From Cenococcum geophilum (lineage: Eukaryota): a DNA stretch of 64,000 nucleotides. A model generated the notes under the pieces. That model ran no database searches, was not told where the DNA came from, and saw nothing but the letters and a program-made list of their open reading frames with translations. How positions within the stretch are numbered: position 1 is the stretch's first letter; the number at the start of each line of letters is the position of its first letter. Shown piece by piece: positions 25,251 to 38,300 of the stretch. The stretch spans positions 7,192,001 through 7,256,000 of the forward strand of contig CP158636.1 in assembly GCA_050273025.1 (NCBI GenBank). Direction: 5' to 3'. Position numbers and translations under genes: made by a program.

Positions 25251-28200
25251 AAATGGAATATAAGCTAAGGAAGATTATAAACCTTACACTATAAAATACG
25301 GCCTAATAAAAGCCTATAAAGAAACCTATAAACCTTCTACTAATTAATATCTGCTATATTAGCGCCGTAGGGTTTTACCAGAACTTAGTCTAACCTAATA
25401 CTATTGCCTTTACTACTAGCTTATATAAAATTAATCGAATAATTAAGAGAAAGGAAAGTAAATTTAGTAGATAGGAAAGTAAGCTTATAGATAAGAAGCT
25501 GGTAGAACAGAAACTGCCCTATTAATACTAGAAGTTTAAGGGCGTATTCTTTAAGGTAGTATCTAACCTACTTCCGCCTTACCAACCGTATCCCATACGC
25601 CGTCAAGGTGCCCCTTTTATTGTGGCCCGTGCGCGAACACCAAAACATTAACACGCGTCTCTCTATAGCTTCTTATCGTGATTAAACCACCATAATGGGC
25701 TGTAAACGTTCTTCCAATGATGTAGACCTTGTTTAACCTAGAGTCGAATTATATATTAAATTTAAGCTTTATTACTATAATATTGGGTTATAATTAATCG
25801 ATTAAATCTATAACTTTATTTTGCTAAGACTTAATTAAATCTAGAGTATAACGGAACCTTATAGCAAGTACTACAATAGGCTCGTTAATAGGCTAGGTGT
25901 GTAGGTGATGCAAATTAAAGTCAATAATGTAATAACAACTAGTGGAGTGGTTGCCCAATAGATTAACTCTAATTGTATTCTAAGAATTACTATAAGGAAG
26001 GAACTATCTAGGTAGGGACTAAGGGTCCTTAAATACATAACTATACTCCTATAAAATCCTTCTTATATATAATATACGTATACTCTATCTACTCTGTTAT
26101 AGACTCTATAGATTATATAGATTACATAGATTACCTTATATAACTTATACTACTATTCCTCGTCACATAGTTCTATCGGCTCCATCTTAGACCATGCTTG
26201 TATTAATTAACTAGCTTCTTCCGACTCTTCTCTAAGTAGTCGTAATATTATACTTAAAACGTCCGTAATATTATCTCCCTCCTCTTTATCTTCGTCCTTA
26301 AAGATCCTAAATATCTTTAGGTTGTTTACTAGAGGTATAATATCTATTTAATTAATTTAGTTAACATCATTACTTATAATACCTAAAGTAACTTCTTCTT
26401 CCTCTATAGCCCGATAGTCTCGCACCGTTACTATAATATTATTGTTAGGTGAGATTATACTATCTCCGTATTCTTATTATACGAAAGAGGGGTTGGTTTA
26501 TATTGCGTTAGTAAGTCCTTCCTCCTAATAACCCTCTTTGTGTTTAGAGTGCACTAAAGCAAATATTTATTTGTTTTATAACGTTCGCTTTATCTCTAAC
26601 GCTAAATATACGCGTCCTATTACTCTTAATAGTCTCTAAGTTCCCTAAGTAATTTATTATAGGGTTTTGTATTTAATCTGCCGCTATAAAGCTCGATGAT
26701 AAGCTCTTAGTAGCCCTGGCTAAACTTCATCGTTCCCGCGATGCTAAGAAAGAGGCTGCTAATACTTAACAGCGAGCTCTTAATTCTCGTCTTACTACGT
26801 CTACTTAGTTAATCCGTCTCAAGAAGGTTTATAAGAAGGTCTATTTTAAGGAGTAGAAACTTATAAAATAAGGTTTATAGGAACTTAGTAATAAAAGAAC
26901 TAACTTTTTTCTTATAGTAAAGGAAACAACTCTAAGTAGTTTAACAGTCGCTCTTCCTAGGTTCCCCTTAGGTGACTTATTTTTTAGCGACCCTTCTTTA
27001 TTAATATTGCCTAACCTTTTCTCCTTTAATACTCCTATACCTTTCCTATAGCGTTCTTTAAATTCTTTAATAGCTCTTAGGTAGTCTTAGTGTAACCTAT
27101 CCACTTTACCTTATACTATATTTTATTATTAACGTTCTTATAATTAATGATCTTTAAAACTTGCCATTTATCTTTTTTCTATCCTCTATATATATCTGCC
27201 TTATAGACCGGTGGCTTAATATTCCTATATACTAGCTCTAGTATTATAATGTACTATGTAGGGTAGATCTTTATTTTAGCTAGTAGGTTTAACTTAAATA
27301 TAACCAATAAAATCCTCTATATAATTTTAAAAGATCTTAATCTAACGTAGTTTAACTTCTTACTTAGTTGTCGACTTTTGAAATTTTTATATAGTAGCTA
27401 CACTTTATCTCCCTCCTTAAGATCTAGTCCCTTAGATCTCTTAGCGTTATAGTATTTTTTCATTCTCTGCTATACTATCTTAGCTGTTTCTATAAGGTTT
27501 ATATAAAGATTTATTAAAGTCTCTATTCTCTACTTAGCTGTGCTACTTATCTTTTTTACTTAATATAGTAATAATAATGTTCTTAGTTCGTATCCGTAAT
27601 TCGCCTTAAATAGTAATATTCCTATTCCTTCTTATAGTATTATATTATATGCAAACTATATAACTAGTAATAGTAATACCTAATTATTCTATGCGTAATT
27701 AATATAGTGCCTTAGATACTATTCTAGTGTCTAGTTTAATCTTTCCGTTTAACTATCTATTTGCGGATAATATATAATAGAAGTTGCTACTCTTACTCCC
27801 TATTCCGCTAAGAATACCTTCTAAAATACTGCTATAAATCTTAGGTCTCTATCCAATATAATCTTACTTAGTGCTCTATATCTTATAAATACTTCTTTAA
27901 TATAGATTTTAGCAATATCTTCTGCTAATATTTCTTCTGTATACGCTATAAAGTATCCCCACTTTATAAGCTTATCTACTATTACTAAGATCGCGTTATA
28001 ATCTTGTCCGGTAATAGAGTCTTTTAACTTTAGTAACTTAATAATAAAGTCCTATAATATAACCTCCTATAATCTCTCTAGTATTTTAATAGGTTATAGC
28101 CCTCTATATAGCTTATGCCTTATTAGTTTATTTCTTTAGCAATCTAGATATTCTTTTATAATTCTTTTTACTAGTCCCTAGATTCCGTTAATAATATACT

Positions 28201-31200
28201 CCTCTTAAAGTCTTAGCACTAAGCCCGTAGCTCTATTATATCCTTAAGTTGGTCCTTTATAAAATAATTTAATAAACTCTTTTACGATAGACCTTAGCAC
28301 GTACGTTGCTTTTCTATTTTCGTACTACTCTAAGTCTAAATCCTCTGCCTATATATCTTAGATCTTCTACATCTATTCACTCTCTAGTAATTTATAAATC
28401 TGTTCCTCTTATATTACTATAATTTTTGGATAATTATACCTAATTAGTCCATCTATATCTTTTCGCAGTAAGGCCCCTAATGGCTTTTCTTTATTTTATA
28501 GTTTAGCTTTTTAACTTAACGCGTCGGCTTATATGTTATCTATACCTTTAGTATACTAAATCTTAAAATAGTATTCCGTAAGCATCTCCGCCTATCTAAC
28601 CTATCTTTAGTTAAGTTCCTTTATTATTAGAAATCCTATTAGATTTTTATAATCCGTTTTAACTATAAATAGTTTCTCTATGCCTTACAAGAATGCTCTC
28701 TATTTCTTTAGTGCTATAACTATACCTAATAACTCCTTATTATAGATATTATAGTTTAGTTCTAGTAGTATTATCTTCCTACTATAGTATGCCACTAGGT
28801 GCTATCTATTTAAATGCTTTTATATAAAGCATGCCCCTAGTATAAAGTTTAATGCATTTATTTCTACAACCGTTTCTAGTCCTAGTTAATAGATTTTAAA
28901 AATTAGCTCCTAGGTAAATAACTGCTTAACTTCTTTAAATAGTTTTCTTTATTTCTATCCCTATACCTATAGTTCTTCTTTCTTTATTAGTCTTATAAAC
29001 GGCTTAATATCCTTTAACTATTAAGCTATAAACCTTCTACAGTAATTGCAAAACCCTAAGAACAATCTTAACTACGTAACGTTCTCTAGTTCTTGCCAAT
29101 TTACTATAGCCTTAATCTTCTTTAGATCTATGCTGAATTGGCCTAGTTTAATAATAAATTTTATAAAATTAGTCTTCCTAGTAAAGAACTCGTATTTCTT
29201 AATTGCTACTAGCATCTGTTCTTCTTATAGTCTCTTTAAAACCCATTTAATATATTCTCTATATTCTTCCTTATTTATTAAGTAGATAATAATATTATTA
29301 AAATATGCTATAACAAATTTATCTAAGTGTTCTCTTAATACCTTATTAATACGCTTCTAGAACGTTACTAGTGCGTTTATAAGCCCGAATTGTATAACTA
29401 ATAGTTTATATAGTCCTTCCTTTAACCTAAAGGCTGCCTTCTACTTATCGCCTTCCTTAATTCTAATCTAATAGTATGCCTATCTCAGATCTATCTTTAT
29501 AAAGATTTGCGTATTACTAATCCTATCTTAAATTTCGCTAATTAAGGGTAAAGAATACCTATCCTTTCTAGTAATGCTATTTAACTATCTATAGTTAATG
29601 CACATCCTTAGTTTGCTATTTTTCTTTAGTACGAACAGTACTGGATAACCCGCTAATAACTGCAATGGTCTAATATATCCCTTTTATAGGTTTTCTTAGA
29701 CAAACTCTTTTAGTGCTCTACCTTCTTCCTTAGTAAGCTTATAGATTGGAAAGAACCTTAGACTTATTCCTAGTTCTAATTCTATCTTATAGTCCTACGC
29801 TGTATACTCTAATAGCTTTTCACTTTCTAGTAACTATAGTTTTTCGCTATACTTATAGTATCTCTTTAGTATATAGCTTAATCCTTTTTCTATTTCTTCG
29901 TAGGTCGCCCCTACTTAGTACTATACCAATTTAGCTTATTATCGCATTTTACGGCGTTAAGTATCCCTAATATCGACTTAACCTATAATCTAATCGATCT
30001 TTAGATTATATTCCTATAACTAAGGCATTCCTAACACTGCCTTATTATTCCCTAATAGTAATATATTAAAAGACATTCTAACTTATCTCCCTTTAATGGT
30101 TAACTAAATAGGTCCTATTTTAAGATTAATAATACCTCCTCCATAGGCTATCGGATCTCCCAAAATTATTACTAATAGGTAAGAGTGCTCCTTTTTCCTA
30201 TATAGCAACCCCATTCTTTTAACTACTATTAGTAAGATATAGTTCCTTATTGCTCCACTATCTATTAATACCTCAAATTGCTAATCTTACCATTTAACTT
30301 ATAAATTTAGGTGTTGTCCTTAAATTCCTTTAAGGGTTTAAGGCTCTACTACTAATTCCCTCTAGTTTTATAGGCCTCCCCTTTTCCTAATTATTAGCTA
30401 CTTAATCCTGCCTATACTTAGTCCAATTTAGGCCAATACTTAGTTCGCTTTTTATCTTTAATATGCTATAAATAGGTATTTTCTAAATATTCCTACTACT
30501 GTCGTCTATCTAGGCATTCTTCCGTAAGGAATCTTCCTAGTTAAAGTATTAAGTCCCCTTGTTCTTAAACTTCTACTAAATACTAACTATGTATATACCT
30601 AGCGTTTTAATACTTCGCCTTATTCGTCATCCAATATATTCTTATTAGATACTTTCGATTTTTATCTTTTAGTGCTCTATATATATTATACGCATTATCC
30701 ATATATACTATCCATAATAGTATATAATATGCTTGGTGTTTTAGGTTAACTCTTAGCTCGTCTTTACCCTTAAGTTTAAATCTTTCTTATATTAATCTAA
30801 GCGTTGCAACTTTATTTATAGGTACTAAGATTCGCCTCTTACTTCTCTAGTCCTCTAATTACTCTTCTAAATCTTTTAACGTTATAATTAAGGCTCCCTT
30901 AATATAAGTTATAGCATTTTCTATAATCGGGTGGTCTTGGATAACTTTTTTATCTAACCATATATAGAAATCTTCCTACTCATTATTATATCGCTATCTA
31001 TACCACTTTTAGTATAGCCCTTTAAGTATATACGGCTTATCCGTAAGAAAGTATCTCTTTATTACTGCGTCGTAATAGCCTTTTATATGTCGTTTTTTAA
31101 ATCTGGTTAGAATCCCTAGATCCTCTTCTTCTTCCAATTTGGTAAGCTACTTAGCTCTTAGTATACCTATTCTCGGCCTATTAGTAATTCTTTATACGGG

Positions 31201-32876
31201 TGCTCTATCCCTTATACGACCTAGCATACTAGATCTCTTATCTAGTTTTTGCTCTTACTATGCAGTAATTCTGGCTCTAAATTCTGCTATGGTTTCCTTT
31301 AGTTCGCGTCTTATAAGTAAATTCTTAAAGTCCTCTTACTTCTTAATCGTTATATTAACTTTTCGATCTTTAGGCTAAACACTATATTTCCCTAGTAAGT
31401 CTTCTAGGTCTATATATCTATCTCCTAGTCTAACTACTATTTGTATCGTAAATTCTCTAATTTATAGTAAAGCTCCTTACTTTCTATTTATGGGTGTCCT
31501 AATTTATACTCTAAATTCTTAGTCCCTTAAATTCTTTAATCCTAAGCTCGCTTCTTTCTTAAGCTGTGCTCCTACCTTAGTCTAACTAGGCTTAAGTGTT
31601 CTTATCTCGTCTTAAGAGTTTTAAATCTCACTTATCTTATCTTAAGAGTCTTATACCTATAGGAAACTCTATCCTAAGCTTATTTATATATTACTAAACT
31701 AAGCCATTGCTCTACTCCATCGGTTGTCGTCTATTATAGGTCCTTAAGCTTACCTTATCTCATCTTAAGAATCTTAGTTATCTTTTATCTTATCTTAAGA
31801 ATCTTAAGCCTTTAGCTTTTTGCCTTTATTAAGTGGTAAGCTAGCACTAGCAGTTATCTGCTTACTTAATCGTCTTTACATATTGCTCCTTCCGTCTTAT
31901 AAAGCGATAGATGCTATATCTAACGGTATTATAATGCCCGTTACTAAACCTTGCTCTATGGCGGTCTTAGTCTCTACTTCTATTACGTTATTAAGGTTTA
32001 AATACCCCTAGTTAGTTCCCTTACTATTCTTATCGCTACTAATTACTAAGTACTTTAACTCCATTGTTATTATTACTAATTATTATCCGTATATTGCTGT
32101 AATATTTTAATCTAGCTTATAGAGTCAATCTTGTTCTTTATCTAACTCTTTAGTTTCTTTAAGTTCTTTTAACTCTAGCTCTTTTGGCTAATAGCTTACA
32201 CTATACTTAGCGTCTTTATAAATCCGGTATACGTTATTATAATAAAATATAAAACTTCTAATTAAATATTCTTTTGTTCCCCGTAGTACACTATTATCCC
32301 TTTATATATATATATCTTCTGCTAGTTTAGTTCCCTTTATTATATAGTAACTCTAACTATCTTTATAATCCCTTATAAAGTAACCTTATTTTCCGCAATT
32401 TATATAAGCTCTATCTCTAAACTACTAACTTTACTATAGAGTCCGCCTAAACATCTTCTACTAATAAGATCCCTAGTTTAGCCTCTACTCCTTAGTCCTA
32501 TAATTACTAGATCCTTAACCTCTAGGTTTTTATAGTTTCTTATTTTATCTCTTATAGGTTTTTTTAGTATTACTTAGGTCTATTAGCTCTGCGCTATACT
32601 ATAGTTTCTAACTTAGCTTTAGTTATTACGTACTCTGCACCTTATATAACTATAGAACTCTATCCTAACCTCTCTTAGCCTATTCCCTTTAGTAGATCCT
32701 ATTATTAATCTTAATTATTTAATTAATTAAATCCCTTAGGGTGTCCGCATCTTCTATTAAAATAATTACATCCTAGACTTTAGCCTTAAGTCCCTATTTA
32801 TACTATACCATAAGCGCCCTATTATTCCACTTAACTTATATAGCTAACGTTTAGAACTATATTGTGTACTTAATTA

Positions 32877-33890
32877 ATAATAATAATTCTTCTTTGATTA
32901 ACGTCTGATATAGATACTATCTAGCCCTACGCAGACTACTCCGTATATAAGGGAAAAGTAATATTAATGGGAAAAAACCCTTGCTGCTGGGGGGGAGGAA
33001 AAACCCTATGAGCCACCTTAGTAGGATAAAAAACCCCGATTTGCTATGTCTGTCCGTAGCGGCGGCCCTACGGGTCTACGGCTACGTCCTATCCTCCTTA
33101 GATGTTTGAACTCCTTAGGAACTACTGCTTCCTTCTCTAGCTTACCCTAGCTAGGGTTTACTACGTCCTAGCTAGGCCTTGCTAATTAATTACCGTACTG
33201 CTGTTTCCCGTATCTTGGCTATCCCCTATATGCTATTTCTTATCTAACTATTGCTATATATGCTATGCCTTCCCCCCCCTAGGGCCTATTAAAGGCGTAA
33301 GGGGGATTTATCCGTTCTAACTACCGTAATACTAATAAGCGAGCGGGATATTGTATATTTGGGTATCTTTTATACCTAAGCCCCAGCTAGGCCCTTTCTA
33401 AGGGTTACTACTCCGTTAAAAGAAGATAGGGAAAACCGTAGGTCGCAATCCAGGCTGCTAGGTAGTATTTAGTAGAAAAAATGGTGAGTGACCGTATGCT
33501 CCGCGGGCGATTGCCCTAGGGGTTAGGAGGGGCCGTATATTTACTTATTTATCTGCTTATTTGCTTGCAATCGCTTATTTATTAATATAAGAGGTTATCA
33601 ATACTTTCTATTAGGGGTTGGGGGATGCTATTAAATGCCGTATATCTACGTTAGATTGTATAGGTGCCTTAATAGGAGAATAGCGTAGCTAAATTATAGA
33701 GGGCCATAGTAGTGGTTTTCGAGATCTCACTATCTAAAAAAATTTCACTACCGCCTATAACGCTTATAACCACGACTACTAGGTCCTATTACACGCTATA
33801 ACGTCTCTATATTGGCTCTAAGTCTGAACTTTAAAGACTTAGGTTCGTAGCCGTTACTACGTATAGGTGCAGAGTCTATTTTCAACAGCC
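32877..33890 (-). mobile_element. Non-autonomous SINE-like retroposon (~1 kb) inserted in the B2 gag
   Basis: 15-bp TSD ttgtgtacttaatta (32862-32876) / ttatatacttaatta (33891-33905). (ATT)n 3' tail on the minus strand. No RT-coding signal recognised. Confidence 0.8.
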
Positions 33891-34675
33891 TTATATACTT
33901 AATTACTAAGGTTCGTTGTATAATATCTTAAAGTTTTCTTTCCGCTATAGTTACCGCCTCTAGGTCTCTAAATATTTATATAAGTCGCTCTATAAACCCT
34001 TCCTAACTTAAGAATATAAATCACACGTTTTAATTAGTAGTTGTTATTCCATTTACTTATATTTCCGTAAAGTAAAACTTAAACTACTTAAGTGCCCTTC
34101 CTAATAGGAATAGTCCTGCATAAGCTATTCGATCTATAGGTATTGGTGTAACGAAGCCTTATAGTAGGGACTACGGTGGACTTGTTAATGGGCTAGGTGT
34201 ATAGGTATTGCAAGTAAGTCAACAACGTAATAATAACTGGTGGAGTGGTTGCCTAATAAATTAACTCTAATTGTATTCTGAGAATCACTGTAAGGAAGGA
34301 ACTATCTAGGTAGGGATTGAGGGTCCTTAAATACACAACCGTACTTCTATAAAATCCTTTTTATACGTAATGTACGTTTTATACATAAGGTACGTAAGTT
34401 CCCTTTATTCCTTACGTTCCTTTTATAGCACCTTATATGACCTTAGCTACCATTCTTTATTATATAGTTCCACGGGTTCTATCCTAGATCGTGCTTATAT
34501 TAACTAACTAGCTTCTTCCAACTCTTCTCCAAGTAGTTGTAATATTGTACTTAAAGCGTCCGTAATACTATTTCCCTCCTCTTTATCTTTGTTCTTAAAG
34601 ATACCTAGTATCTCTAAGTTATTTACTAGAGGTATAATATCCGTCTAATTAATTTGGTTAATATTATTACTTATA

Positions 34676-35330
34676 ATGCCTAAAGCTTCTTCTTCTTTAC
34701 ACGCGCAACGTCGTGCTCGCACTGTTGCTGCAATATTGTCGCTTGGTAAAATAATGCCATCTCCATATTCTTGTTGCTTAAAGGAGGGGCTGGTATATAT
34801 TGTATTGGCGAGTCCTTTGTCTTAGCAACCCTCCTCTTATTTAGAGTGCACTAAAGCAAACATTTAATTGTCTTGCGATGTTCGCTCTACTTCTAACGCT
34901 AAGTATACGCGTCTTATGACTTTTAATAGTTATTAAGTTCCCTAAGTAATTTGTTATAGGGTCTTATATTTAATCTGCTACTATAAAGCTTAATAGTAAC
35001 CTAGCGCAGGCCCTTGCTAAGCTTAAGCGGTCTTAGGATGCGGAATAAAAGGCCTTAAATGCTTACATTGCGGCATCTACCCGTTTACTTCGTCTTAAGA
35101 AGGTGCGTAAAAAGGTCCGTTCTAAGGAGTGGAAACTTATAGAATAAGGTCTATAGGAACTTAGTAATAAAAGAACGGATTCTCTTCTAATAGAGAAGGA
35201 AATAACTCTAAGTAGTTCAGCAGTCGCTCTTCCTGGGTCTCCCTTAGGTGGCTCGTTCTTTAGTAATTTCTCTTTATTAATATTACCTGACCTTTTCTCT
35301 TCTAATACTCCTATACCTTTCCTATAATAT
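34676..35330 (+). pseudogene. Antisense accessory gene of Gypsy family B: Zn(II)2Cys6-like motif plus coiled coil, one intron (copies also at ~26379-27050 + and ~14270-14925 -)
   Basis: ATG at 34676 gives MPKASSSLHAQRRARTVAAILSLG.IMPSP..., then a C-x2-C-x6-C-x13-C-x2-C-x8-C pattern. Five of the six Cys codons survive in at least one of the three copies. A RIPped GT..AG intron splits a T|GG Trp codon. The end coordinate is approximate. Confidence 0.65.
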
Positions 35331-38300
35331 TCTTTAGATTCTCTAGTAGCTTCTAGGTAGTCTCATTGTAGCCTATCTACTTTACTTTATACTATATTTT
35401 ATTGTCTACGTCCTTATGACTTACAATCTTTAAAACTTGCCATTCGTCTTCTTCTTGTCTTCTATACATGTCTGCCTTATAGATTAGTAGCTTAATATTT
35501 CTGTGTGCTGGCTCTAGTATTATAATGTGCTATATAGGGTAGATCTTTATTTTAGCTGGTAGGTTTAATTTAAATATAACCGGTAAAATCCTTTATGTAA
35601 TTTTAAAAGGTCCTAATCTAACGTGGTCTAACTTCTTGCTTAGTCGTCGACTCTTAAAATTTTTATATAGTAGCTATACTTTATCTCCCTCCTTAAGATC
35701 TGGTCCCTTAGATCTCTTAGCATTATAGTACTTTTTTATTCTTTACTATACTGTCTTAGCTGTTTCCGTAAGGTTTATATAAAGATTCATTAAAGTCTCT
35801 ATTCTTTGCTTAGCTTTACTACTTATTTTCTTTACTTAATATAGCGATAATGATGTTCTTAGCTTATATCCGTAATTCGCCTTAAATAGTGACGTACCTA
35901 TTCCTTCTTATGGTGTTGTATTATATGCAAATTATATAATTAGTAATAGCGATACCTAATTATTCTATACGTAATTAATATAGTGCCTTAGATACTGCTC
36001 TAGTATCTAGTTTAACCTTTCCATTTAACCGTCTGTCTGTAGATAATATGCGGTAGAAGTTACTGCTTAAACTCCTTATTCCGCTAAAAATACTTCCTAG
36101 AATGCTGCTATAAATCTTAGATCCCTATTTAATATAATTTTGCTTAGTGCTCTATATCTTACAAACACTTCTTTAATATAGATTCTAGTAATATCTTCCG
36201 CTGAGATTTCTTCTATATAGGCTATAAAGTATCCCCACTTTATAAGCTTGTCTACTATTACTAAGATTACGTTGTAATCTTGTCCGGTAATAAGATCTCT
36301 TAACTTTAGTAACTTAATAATAAAGTCCCATAATATGACCTTCTATAGTCTCTCTAGTATTTTAACAGGTTATAGCTCTCCGTATGGCTTATACCTTATT
36401 AGTTTATTTCTTTAGCAATCTAGACACTCTTTAGTAACCCTTCTAGCTATCCTTTAGATTCCGTTAATAATATACTCCTTTTAGAGTCTTAACACTAAGC
36501 CCGTGGCTCCATTATGTCCTTAAGTTAGTCCCTTATAGAAGTCCTCTATAAACTGCTTTGCTATGCTTCTTAGGATATACTTTGCTTCTCGATTTTCGTA
36601 TATGTCCGACTATAGGTCTTCTAGTTATACTTTTAGAATTCTTTATGCCTAAAAGCTTTCTAGTGTCTTATAGACTTTCTTTTCTAACTTATTCTCTTGT
36701 ATTACTGCGATCTTTAGATAATTATACCTAATTAGTCCATTTATGTCTTTTCGCAGTAAAGCCCCTAATGGCTTATCGTTACTTTATAGTTTAGCCTTTT
36801 AACTTAACGCATCAGCTCGCGTATTATCTGTACCCTTAGTATACTAAATTTTGAAATAGTATTCTATAAGCATCTCTGCCCATCTAACCTATCTTTAGTT
36901 AAGTTCCTTTATTGTTAGGAATCCTATTAGGTTCTTATAATCCATTTTAACTATAAATGGTTTTTCCGTGCCTTATAAGAATACTCTCTATTTCTTTAGT
37001 ACTGTAACTATACCTAACAACTCCTTATTATAGATGTCGTAGTTTAACTCTAGTGGTGTTATCTTTCGACTATAGTATGCTACTAGATGCTATCCATCTA
37101 GATACTTTTATATAAAATATACTTCTAGTGCAAAGTCTAATATATCTGTTTTTACAACCGTCTCTAGTCCTAGTTAATAGATCTTAAAAACTGGCTCCTA
37201 GGTAAATAACCCTTTAACTTTTTTAAAGAGTTCTTACTATTCCTTTCCCCATACCTATAGTTCTTCTTTCTTCGTTAATCATATAAATAGTTCAATATCC
37301 TTTAACCATTATACTATAAACCTTCTATAGTAATTACAAAACCCTAAAAACAATCTTAATTACGTAACGTTCTCTAGTTCCTACTAATTCACTATAGCTT
37401 TAATCTTCTTTAGATTTATGCTAAGTTGGCCTAGTTTAATAATAAATCTAACACAATCGGTCTTCCTGGTAAAGAACTCGCATTTCTTAATTACTACTAG
37501 CATTTGTTCTTTCTATAGTCTCTTTAAAACCTATTTAACGTATTCTCTATATTCTTCCTTATTTATTAAGTAGATAATAATATTATTAAGGTATACTATA
37601 ACAAATTCATCCAAATGTTCTCCTAATATATTGTTAATACGCTTCTGGAACATTGCTAGTGCGTTTATAAGCCTAAATTGCATAACTAATAGTTTATATA
37701 GTCCTTCCTTTAATCTAAAGACTGCCTTCTATTTATTGCCTTCCTTAATCCTAATTTAATGGTATGCCTATCTTAGATCTATCTTTATAAAGATTTGCGT
37801 ATTGCCTATCCTATCTTAGATTTCGCTAATTAAGGGTAAAGGATACCTATCCTTTCTAGTAATGCTGTTTAACTGTCTATAGTTAATGTACAGCCTTAGT
37901 TTACTATTTTTTTTAGTACGAACAGTACTAGATAACCCGCTAATAACTGCAATAGTCTAATATATCCCTTTTATAAGTTTTCTTAGATAAACTCTTTTAA
38001 TGCTTTACCTTTTTCTTTGGTAAGCTTATAGATTGGAAAGAACCTTAGACTTATTCCTAGTTCTAATTCTATCTTATAGTCCTATGCTATATACTCTAAC
38101 AGCTTTTTACTCTTAGGTAACCATAGTTTCTTACTATACTTATGGTATCTTTTTAGTACATGGCTTAACCCTTTTTCTGTTTCTTTATAGGTCGCTCCTA
38201 CTTAGTACTATACTAGCTTAGCTTATTATTATATTTTGCGGCGTTAAGTATCTCTAATATCGACCTAACCCATAACCTAATCAATCTTTAGATTGTATTT

